Source of the DNA: Circinaria calcarea
Lineage: Eukaryota
Assembly: GCA_051942165.1 (NCBI GenBank)
Contig: JAVECS010000039.1
Location: forward strand, 1-32,200
Length of the DNA: 32,200 bases
Reading direction: 5' to 3'
Made by a program: the position numbers and the translations under genes. The notes beneath the pieces are model-generated. The model worked only from the letters and a program-made list of their open reading frames with translations, made no database searches and was not told the origin of the DNA. Each line of letters opens with the position of its first letter. Within the stretch, counting starts at the first letter, position 1. Of this stretch, positions 22,216-32,200 are shown one piece after another.

Positions 22216-22986
22216 TCATGATGTGGCTAGTGGTCCGGCAAGGATCACTGCTTTGGTTTCATTCATGACAAGATAGTCCAGCCCATTGAACGCCTTTTCG
22301 GGCAGCTCGACAGCAGGAGCGGGATTCAACAGAACTTCGATTTTGTGCTGCTTGGCCAATTTGATAACCGAAAACACCGTCTCTAGTGGTGTCTCCAACT
22401 GCAAGACCATTACATCTGGCTTGACTTTGGCAATGAAGTCACTAAAGAGCTTGGACCCGACTATAGCGTTAGCACCGGCTATAAACAAGATTCTATCCTC
22501 TCCACTAGACTCCTCGACGAGAGTAACAGCTACGCCCGTCGTCTCGTCCTACTATAACTTGACACCAGAGACATCGATCCCGTCTACAATGAGGTCGGCG
22601 AGAAGCTGTTCGCCGTAAATATCGTTGCCGACTGCGCCTACCATAGATACATCAGCGCGCTGACATCTTTAGGCTCTTTGAAGTTACGCGATGTTCGCGC
22701 GGCAGCGACTGCCTGGTTGGCGCCTTTGCCTCCGGACCCTACCAGTAAAAAAGGAGTAGCTGATCTAGCGATAATCAACTAGCTTCTGCTTATAATGTAG
22801 TACGATAAATGGTATGCAAAGAAGGTGATGTTATGGAACCATGACTATCAAAGTGAAGCTCTAATCCTAAAGCAGAGTAGACATAGGAACTACACACAGC
22901 GTCTCACCGCCTCGAGGGACTGTGGGGGTCCTGGTGACTAGGTTCGCGTTCAATGACCCTAGTACGAGTATACGTGGATTGAGCAT
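22216..22986 (-). pseudogene. RBK1: Ribokinase (PfkB family) pseudogene, 3' part disrupted
   Basis: ATG 22986 starts MLNPRILVLGSLNANLVTRTPTVPRGGETL. After an intron come GGKGANQAVAAAR, MVGAVGNDIYG, TGVAVTLVEESSGEDRIL, GANA, LQLETP, LNPAPA and LVMNETKA. There is a frameshift near 22660, TAG-TAG at 22549-22554, and conserved acidic residues have changed to N/K. No intact DTxxAGD motif was found. Confidence 0.9.
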
Positions 22987-23314
22987 GTTATCGATTTTGA
23001 ATGATACACGTTGGCGTGGTGTGTCATGCTGAGAGAGGTCAAAAGATTTATCCACGATATCAAGATGGATCACCGCCGAAAATGCGTCTTCGTAGAGCTG
23101 GAACTCCGGAAAGTGATCAAAACTTAATTTAACCCTGACCTGTATAAAGATGAGCCGGGATGTGCTCTCAGAACTTATTTGAATCAAAGAGATTCTTGTC
23201 ACAATTATGCTACTTACCCGGCTGGGTAGCGGTCCTAATGCTGATGAGGCAAAATAAACTTCGTCTCGGAGAGTGAACTCCGTTGGAGCTGCGGCTGCAC
23301 CCTTAGTCTTCAGC

Positions 23315-24900
23315 ATGACGGAGCCACTGTTAGAAAATTCTCCGCGGAGTCCAAGGTCTTACTTGACTGTTGGTTTTCTCTTATGGAAGGTCTTTTTGTT
23401 CTCGATATCTCTACTGAGCCCTTGTCCCGGCTATGGCACCTTAACGACATTACTCGAAGGCGTCGGCGACTCTAGCCTGCTGCCCCTGATCAGATGGAAC
23501 GCGATATATTTTACCGAAACCGCACGAAGAGGGTATATTTTCGAGCAAGAATGGGCGTTCGGTTGTACTCTAACAAGAGTGATGGCTTTCGTTGCGAAAT
23601 GTAGTTGGCTTTATAGTATTTGGATACAGCTGTACTGACGCGTTCAGATCTTCAACTCGTTGGAGTGCTGCCGGTTACTGCTCCAGCATGGGCCGGTAGA
23701 TTGATCGCTAACGTGTCACATTTATTGGCAGTCCTGTTGCTGTATGAGTTATCGCTGAGAATCTTTGGACGAGGCCCGAAAGGCGGGAGTTTAGCTCTCG
23801 TCATAGCTGGGCTACACATTTTCCCTCCCGCTGGGATTTTCCTGTACGCACCTAACGCAGAAAGTCCATTTGCCCTCTTTCATATCCTGGGAATTCTTTT
23901 GTACACTGAAAACTTCCTGTGTCGACGCAACGGGGCGATCAGGAGAAGTGATGTGTTGCTTCTGCTTTCCGGTGCGTCTGTTGGGGTGGCCACCACTCTC
24001 CGAAGCAATGGTCTGATCAGCGGCTTCTACTTCGTCTATTATGCCTTCTAGAGGGAAGTCAAGTGGTTCAAGGCAACATCTCTTTGATGTGAATTAGAAA
24101 ACTCGCTGTCATAGTGATCTGAGTTTTTGGTCGCTCTAAGATTTGTTCTACCCCAGATCGGGGCTTATCAGGAATATTGTGGTTCTAAATCGCTTGAGCG
24201 GAGGCCATGGTGCAGTGCGTACTAATTAAGATAATTTATTAGGTGGAGATTTGTGGTGGAAAATTTTAGAATTTAATGCCCCCAGACCCTGAAGCTAAGC
24301 CTAATTAGATAAATCTCAACTACATGTCGTGTAATTTAATGAAACACCACACCAAAAAAGGTCGTGATAATTAATTACAATTCTAGCTCCGTATTAATCC
24401 CCGAGCTCTATACTAAGCTTTAAGCGGAATGAATTTTCTTTGTTCCTTTTACCATTTGCCTTCGTACATCAGCCTCCGCCTTTCTATACTGTTCGAATAC
24501 TACCTCCGCGCACCGAGTCCGGAAGCACAGGCTATGGGCGAGGTCTTATAAACCAAGGAAGAGATGGATTACGACTACAAAGGTACTGTGGGGTGGATTG
24601 GAATGAGTAGGGGTTAGAATATACGTGTTACGGCACAGTCTTCACAGTAGCAAGAGAGGGCATCATTCTTTACAGTATATCTGTTCGTTTGGAGTTCACT
24701 ACGCAATTTTCTATAAAGCCTTGGCCCAGTATCTACAAATTCGTGCAAGAACACTACTAGTAAGTTAAGGATCACAAAGAAATTCTCTGCTAATAGCCTA
24801 GGAACAACGGCTTTTTACAATACCGGACTGTATCGAAAATTCCCCTATTTGCGCTAGCTAGCTCTTTACTTACTATCACGATTGTTTCATCGATATGGGG
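23315..24900 (+). pseudogene. GPI18: GPI mannosyltransferase 2 (GPI18/PIG-V) pseudogene, interrupted by an insertion and truncated
   Basis: LIRWNAIYF (family consensus WDAIYF), RGYIFEQEWAF, intron 23601-23647, PAGIFLYAPNAESPFA, LRSNG, TAG at 24049 and PQIGAYQEYC..RPWCS. After about 500 bp of foreign DNA it resumes as PSIYKFVQEHY*, intron, NNGFLQYRTVSKIPLF. Confidence 0.9.
24221..24714. mobile_element. Unclassified insertion of about 0.5 kb inside the GPI18 pseudogene
   Basis: It separates RPWCS(A) from PSIYKFVQEHY, motifs that are normally only a few residues apart in GPI18. The left part is AT-rich. Exact ends, TIRs and TSD were not resolved. Confidence 0.5.
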
Positions 24901-25088
24901 TTTCAACTTCTCAAGATTCCAATATGACGGCGCAGGTGTTGGAAGTCATAGGGCTTACCGAGGCATGTATTGCTTAGGAGGTCCATGCTTAACACTTCCA
25001 CACACCATAAAAGCACTTTTTCGTAGCATAGATAATTCCTTAGTTACATGCTCAGGTAGCAATGCCACCATACATTCTGCTGCCCAAC

Positions 25089-25180
25089 AGCATGGAAAGA
25101 ACTTGCAGTATAGCATGGAATGAGCATGCAGTAGAGCATGGAAAGAGCACGCAGCATAGCATGGAAAGAGCACGCAGTAT
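25089..25180. repeat. 23-bp minisatellite, 4 tandem copies
   Basis: Consensus AGCATGGAAAGAGCACGCAGTAT at 25089, 25112, 25135 and 25158. Confidence 0.9.
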
Positions 25181-25683
25181 ATCAGTCCTTTATATATGCG
25201 CAAAGGGCGTATAATCGAGCATTTTACGACCTTCCTATAAAGGTAAGAGCTAAGGCCTAAAAAGGTTATAAAACTAGGCCGAAAGGCGTAAAAAAACTAA
25301 ACTCTTTACGGCCACTTTAAGTGTTCTGTTGAGACTCCGGTAGAATTTTGCTCGGGTCGTGCCCAGATTTATAACCCTTCAACTTCGTTCCTCGTTTCAG
25401 GGCACGTGTAAAAGTTCGGGGCATCGGTAGGCTCAGCTCCGGAGGGGTCGCTTAACATTGGTGTACTATTACTAGTGTTGGCCAGGCAATAGCCGGTATA
25501 AACTCTTAGCGTACATGCCATGAGTACTGCTGTATTATTAATGCGCCAACACGCCTTAAAGTATGCACATAATCAGCTCACAGCGCGTTCTCGACAGTCC
25601 TTCCGCCTGTGGCGTTTGAGAGTATTTCACATCATTCATCATATAAAACCTCTCTATCTCACTTGCCCGACTGTTTTCTCGCC

Positions 25684-28231
25684 ATGGCCAATCGCTCTTT
25701 GAGGTCGGAAATCATCAGTAGCAAGCCTATCGGAGAAGGATTAAAGGCGTTTCGCGATTCTTTAAACCCCGCTTGGGATCCAGATAGAGCCCATCAGAGT
25801 GGCAATCAAGGTAACAGATACTGACCTATCGGACGGTTCTTTCTAACATACAGATTTCAAAAATCGAGTGGTCGACCTTTTACTTGCGCTACAAAATCTT
25901 CCTGCCGCTCGACTCATACCTTCCAATACCAGGCCTGGAACCCTCTTTGGCGACCTTCAGCTACTTGGCTCCTCGGTTGACACCGATAATTTCGAAATAC
26001 AACCGCTCATTCGTCTTTTCAAAGCAGTCCTTAATAACGAACCCGACGAAGACATTTGGAACAAGGTCTCCGCCGCTGTCACCGAGTCCACACCACCTCC
26101 TCGCCCCACCGTTTTTGACAAACTCCTCGCCGACACGCCGCTCAGATCCACCTCATCCTCGCAGCAATCCCACGAACAGACTCACAAAGAAATAGACCGC
26201 CGCATACTTCAAGAGATCGACGGCTGCTTTTATAAGAATACTAAAGGCTTCTATGAGAGATACTTTGAAGGGAAGGAGTGGTCCGAAATCGCAGAAAAGA
26301 TTATGGAAGACGTAGATCCACAATTTGTCAATAACCACTGGACAGGCTATCCACTAGTTCCGACTCAGGCTGCTGTCCTGGCTTTATTAAAGGAATTTCA
26401 AGAAACATTCTTCCATGGACATCGTGGTAAATACTATACCTCAAAGGATATTCCCCTTGGAGGTTCGGACTGTGATCGGAAGCCTGACCTTTTCCTCGCA
26501 CTTTCGGGTTCCCCCAACAGCAAGGGAATACACGACTGGTCCGACGTTCGAGTCGTCGGGGAGCTCAAGCAAAGTCAGATCCAAGGGAAATTTAGAGGTG
26601 AGTTACTTCAGTTCTGTGGGTACGCACGAGAAGTATTTGTAAGCCAACCTGCACGACGATTCCTGCATGGCTTTTTTATCCGTGGTGATTCGATGGAGTT
26701 GTGGGTATTCGACCGATCTGGACCGTACGGCAGTGAGAAGTTTTGTATTCGCAAGGATCCGCATCGCTTCATCAAAATCATGGCCGGCTATACTCTGATG
26801 AACGACGAGGAGTTGGGCATAAATACCTATATCAAGGAGGATAAAAGTGGCAAATACATCATGTTCAAAGTGGACGATAAGACGGTAGAAGAGAAGCTTT
26901 ACCTCGAATATAAGCCGATCGCATTTCAAAGGGCGATAGTCTGCCGGGGGACTACCTGCTATCGAGTGAAGATACCGAGCTCGAACCGATGGGAACACGT
27001 GGCCAAGTTCTCCTGGCGGTTGGACCAAAGACGGGCTGAGGGGGAACTCTTGAAGTTGGCGAGAGAAAGGAACATGTATGGTATTACGAAGCTATTCAGT
27101 CACCAGGATCTTGAAAGCATTAAAGATCTACGTCGAGGGCTGCAGTTTGGAGAACCGCAGATGTTCCAGTCGTCCAGGAAGGTTTCAACCAGCCAGAGTT
27201 ATTCAAGACGGGGGAGCAGCCTCCAGTCAAATGCGTCAGGCATTAGTTCGAATACTCCCACCTCGTCGTCATCGAGATAGAAACGGAAGTGGCAAGACGA
27301 GGCATTCACGACTGGGCCAGCTAAGCAATCAGAATCAGGCAGCAGCCGCAGATGGTCGGATAACATTGGCCTGGTCTCTGCGCAGGAAGACAATAGCACT
27401 CAAGGAACCAATAAGTATAACGCTAAACGGTTCAAAGCGAATAGTCTCATGTACCCTGACAATGAATCATTCGACAACCGAGTATTCTCTTGTCTGGTCA
27501 TTTCCCCTCCTGGACGGGCCATCAATGGATTCAAGTCCGTGAAAGAGTTTCTGAAAGCGTGCCGTGATTTTGTCAAGGCACACAGATCTCTCTATGAAGA
27601 TGGCAGAATACTTCATCGCGATATTTCCGATAACAACATTATCATCACGGATCCCGACAAGGAAGGGGACCCAAGAGGTATGCTAATTGATCTCGACCTT
27701 GCGAAAGAAATGGACAACGGCCCAAGTGGAGCAAGACACCGTACCGGAACTAGGGAATTTATGGCTATTCAGGTGCTGAAAGGCAAACCGCATACCTATC
27801 GCCATGATCTGGAGTCACTTTTCTATGTTTTCCTATGGGTTATCATCCGAGGAAGAGATAAAACGCTACCGAAAACAAGCAGCCTTCGAGATTGGTATGG
27901 TGGAACTCCCGACCAGATCGCGAATACCAAGAGAGGGCATATGGATAAGGAGGCATTCAAGGAAATCACCGCCGAGTTCCCTCCTGAATTTGAAAGTCTT
28001 CAACAACTAGCCAAGCAGTTACGCGGAATATTATTTCCTATCCAAAACGGGGCGTTGTTCACCGGAACCCCCACTACCCCGAATACGCTATACTGTCCTA
28101 TGGTTAGTGCTTTTGAAAGAGCGATTTCCAATCATCACGCGCATTCTATCGCTGATAAGGAGGGCACAAGAGGAATAGGATGGGATGGCGATACTCAAGA
28201 AACAGGATATCAAAGCTTCCACCAGGGGTAA
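25684..28231 (+). pseudogene. FunK1 fungal-type protein kinase with an N-terminal PD-(D/E)XK-like domain; one premature TAG
   Basis: Exon 1 is 25684-25810, then a 43-nt intron with a CTAAC branch site (25811-25853), then one frame to 28231 broken only by TAG at 27278-27280. Motifs: RKPDL..VVGELK, RRFLHGF, MELWVFDRSG, VCRGTTCY, AKFSW, LHRDISDNN, LIDLDLA, RTGTREFMA and HTYRHDLESLFY. Confidence 0.9.
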
Positions 28232-31200
28232 ATGGACCTCAAGCATTACTTCGCTTCTCTCTATGGTACATTGCCTTACCTCTGAAACCTTTCGTGGTGT
28301 GGTACATACGGGCTACGATCGAACGTTGCCTTCCGTCCGTGTACCACAGCCGAGATGTGGTGATCATGCCCAATAGCAATCCCCGCTGAGATGTGCGGGG
28401 GCTATGGCTACCCCACGTAGAGCACCTGGAGTACGGGCGAGGATAATGTGCACGGTCAAAAACACCACACGCTGCTTTCTTCGGTAGCAGAGATAGGGGG
28501 AACGATTACTTTATATAGTTCCTTTTGGTAAACCGGCTTGGCCGAAGTTAGACAATAATGTTTTCACCCTTCACTCCCGACTCAGGATTAGTTCGGGACA
28601 AGAATCTGCCGCGGTCATGTGCCACAAGATGGTAATGTAGACCATAGTTTTGGAATAGAAGAGTATATGAACAGTGAGCATGTAGAGTACTATACATGTT
28701 TCATTTATCCCAAGACGGTTCTTCCTTCGTAACGGTGCTACCTCTTCCATGAACTTTCGCATGTAGTGTTGGTTGATAAGATGGATACGGGTTGGAAGGG
28801 TGGGATGTTGAGCTGCTGATGGGTGTGGTTGGTGGCGATGGTGATAAGACACCTCCGGTAAGGTCAATTACTTGGAGAGTTTGAATAATTGAAGAGTTGC
28901 GTAAAGATGGAGGCGCGAATACAACGATGTGATCGGTTCTAATAGGGTCACTGTAGAGAAGTACATATTCTTGGGTTATGTGCATGGTACTTGAAGTCAA
29001 CGAATCGAATATAGTTCTGAGCTAATATAAATGCGTCCTCTATTATGCGTCCTCAAGGAAGACCACCAAAGACACGTACCTGACTGGTCGTACCAGGTGT
29101 TCTTCATAGAATACAGACTGGATGTAAGAACAAGTACCGATATGGTTGGGTATCGATATCATAAGGAAACTCATCTATAAGGTCTTGAGCGCACGGCCAG
29201 CCGTACGGTCGTTCAATAACATCATGATATGATTACACATCCTCACTGAAATGTACCCAAAAGCTCCAACCCTGAGGCGCAGTCGCCTTACTTACGAGCA
29301 GCCCAACTCCTTTGCGATCCCGACCCGTCATGTCTCGCGGCACCGTTTCTGTAGTACGACAGGGCGGGAGCTCCTTGCTACTGGGTTTGCTGAACATTGT
29401 TATACGTGATGTTGGTTCTCATACAAGTCTCGTTGAGGCATTAGAGGCTGCTGCTATTCGCGATTGGGAGCTATAAACCCGAGCCTTCTTTAGTCGTTCA
29501 GCCAAATCTCATCTCTGAGCCAGTGTAGGAACAGAAACGAGCAAGATCGTAAGAGACACGATCCAGGATAGTTAAAAAATAATCAGGCACTCCTCCAGGC
29601 ACGGCCGACCAGCCCGGCCAAGGCAGAAATACGAAAGAAAGCCTAGGCACCTTTAATCAGAGCGAAGGTCCAGTGGAACCCGTTAGGGATGGACGCTATA
29701 GCAACAAGCCCTCCACTACCAAGTACCACTCTCATTCTGATGGCATGGCAGAAGCAATCAAGTGCTGACCACTCGGTCGGCACTTTGACGTAGCGAAAGG
29801 GCGACGACGCATCAGCGCCGGCAAAGGAAGGGGACCTCCTCTAAGCGTGTCGCATGAAATCCAAGGTCGAAGGCAACGCACGATACAACGCCCGAGGACA
29901 CGCAGCGCGTTTGGACTTGTCCGGGCATAAGACCCGTACATTTTAAAAACAACGGCAGCCAGCGAAGAGTCTTCTTGATCGATGGGATCACTGGGAACGG
30001 GACCCAAGAGTTGCAGTGAGCACTCATCACAGGAAAAGCTAGGTACCTTGTACCTTCGCTGAGCAGTCAGATGCTTCGCCAGGAGCCAGGAACACTAGGT
30101 ACAGTACTAGGACAAAATTGACCGAAAGAGAGCAAGAGCAAGAGCGGTCCAACGTAGCTCTGGCTCTGGAGCTAGCACTTACGTGGCTTGGTCTCGGCGC
30201 TAAGCAGGGAGGGGTTTACCCTCCCTTTACTCCGGGAGCTCCGAAGAATACTGCTAGGGACCCCAACTCAACTCGAAAGCTGCAGCATAGAGCACATGGG
30301 AAAAAGGTCAATCATTGAATCCTTGGCGCTAGAACATCGGTCGGGCGTAGCTGTAACTAGGCTTCTGGCGATAATGACTCGGTGCACGCTCGTCGTCTGC
30401 AGGAGGATGGATGACAACACCTCTTCCCAAACAAATTACCATTTTCTCTACCAGTAGGCTGACAAGGAAATTCAGTCCGGCGTCAACTACTTGCGATTTT
30501 GGCAAAAGATACCCCCGGCCACGATACCGCCCGCATAGTTCTATTAGCCGCCGAGTCAGCCATCGCTGACGTGCTCCTCGTCAGTTGTAGCCACGCTGGC
30601 CTCTCGACTACCACGACTTTCACCGCGCTCTACAAGTCCGTGTGATCTTGAGCGCGCACGTACCTGGCAGCTTTCGTTCGAACCCTATGCGCCTAGTCTC
30701 GCCGTTGGAGAGCAAGGAGATTTCGAAGAGAGCACCGCGGAAAGTGTCTTATGCTCAGGTCGCAAACCCTGGACCAATCGTTATAGGCGTTGGACACTCA
30801 GCTCAGTAATGGTTGGAATTTAAATTCATCGGCCGGCGAGGTCTCGACAGGCTTCAGAAATTCAGGGTAGTCGACGGTGTACAACGGTTTTTTGTTATTT
30901 AGACGGGTCCCCCCAGCCTACCAAGCTTCACTCTATAATTGGTATGTCTTGCGCTTTCGGAGCGGCAGGGTCGAGGCAGGTGGTGGTGAAATGCGAGACG
31001 CAGCGAGTGGTTAGGTGGTGCCGAGAGGGAATATCGAGAGGAACTGGGGGAGCAGTTCGTTGTAGAAAGGGGAGGAGGGAGTCCAGGGAGTAATTGACAG
31101 GCGGTGGTCCAAGAGGAGCAGCTGGATGGCAGGGTTGAGACAGCTAAGAGCTCTCAGATTGCCTCTCGAGGCGGGACTGTATGTGTTTCAAGCAACGAAA

Positions 31201-32200
31201 GACTTTACAAACTTACACTCACCTCTCCAGTGGATCTTTAGCTAGACCTCCAGAAGCTATGAATGGATTATATCTTTGTTGATGGTTTCGCAATGACCTT
31301 CATGGTCAGATATTCCGAACGTATAATCTTCCTTTCGCTCAATTTACTCTCGTCTCTTTTTCAGCTTTAGCTTGCTTGGGAAACATCCTCCATTGCTGCT
31401 AACTTGTCCGCTTGCTGGTCCACGTTGCAAGATTGCTTGATAGGTACGTGTCAAGAATAGGGGGTTATGCACCACAGTGGAAACCAGGAGGCGGAGCGGT
31501 TGAACTATGGTAACCCCCACAACACACACACACATAGCAGAACCTTCTGCTATTCCATTCTATAGTGAAGTCCACATGGTACACATAGACTGGTAGTTAC
31601 CATAGCTAATACAGCCTATTCCACCGTGTATTACCTCTATTATTGAACAGTACGTTTTCACATTCATACTCTATTCAACGTATATGGCAGTGGTTTATTC
31701 TTACAGTCGAGTGTTTATGTCGGCGAGTTCTTCGTGGCGACTGCAAGGTCTTGTGTGGCCGAGATTTTATATTGGCGTTTACTTCCATTGGCGACTTCTC
31801 CTCCCCGGGTCTAGGGGGTTTTTACCCAGCGTTCCGGTAGGGGTCGTCAGGTGTGTAAATAATAGAACAAGTCCTAAATATCTTGAAAACGATTCATCAA
31901 GTTCTTGCGCCTTGTAGATTTTATTAGTAAACACCAGCAAAATAGTACAGACTACTAGAACTCTTTAACAGTATGGAGCCGTCAAGGGTATTCAGGGGTG
32001 ATAGCCACGGAAAAAGTTCCTTTTACAGCGACTCGGATTTTCAAAGAGATCTAGATAGAAATTGTTTGAATATCATCTACACATTAAACTATGGACGATT
32101 CCAACCCCCATTAATCTACCGACCCTGGACACCAGCTGAGTGGGTCCAATACACTTTAATGATTTCCTTGAAGACTTCGAAGCTCTCCCTCCAGCCCACC

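Noticed and set aside
21586..22219. ORFs encoding poly-(PV), poly-(LA) and poly-(SA) proteins
   Set aside because: They are translation artefacts of the hexamer satellite, whose units lack stops in those frames.
28701..29397. Possible decayed minus-strand gene (ATG 29397, GTACGT donor near 29079)
   Set aside because: It has internal stops, an ambiguous exon phase and no recognisable motif.
30335..30375. KPSYSYA on the minus strand, similar to the start of a forkhead domain
   Set aside because: A stop follows within a few codons and no further forkhead motifs appear; probably chance.

Overview
Eukaryotic DNA from a filamentous ascomycete (Pezizomycotina-type short introns with CTRAC branch sites; many C>T/G>A lesions consistent with RIP). 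The window looks like an accessory, TE-rich gene graveyard. The standout is one intact, intronless 739-aa ORF (5207-7426) with the full architecture of the Spok meiotic-driver family: coiled coil, PD-(D/E)XK-like nuclease, C-x3-C-x13-C-x5-H cluster and kinase. Around it are an intron-rich ABC-F ATPase gene with suspect splice sites, a kinase pseudogene, a C2H2 zinc-finger pseudogene split by a 224-bp TA-flanked MITE, and several decayed hypothetical genes. There is also a transposon nest: a DD34E Tc1-like element, and a DD37E Tc1-like relic carrying a 616-bp MULE-type MITE with a 9-bp TSD. Further right are a degenerate (GGCACT)n satellite, a divergent pair of pseudogenised core genes (ribokinase and GPI18/PIG-V), and a FunK1 nuclease-plus-kinase gene broken by one TAG. 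No Starship captain (DUF3435 recombinase), RNA gene or CRISPR array was recognised. All family calls come from motif recognition by eye; no searches were run.
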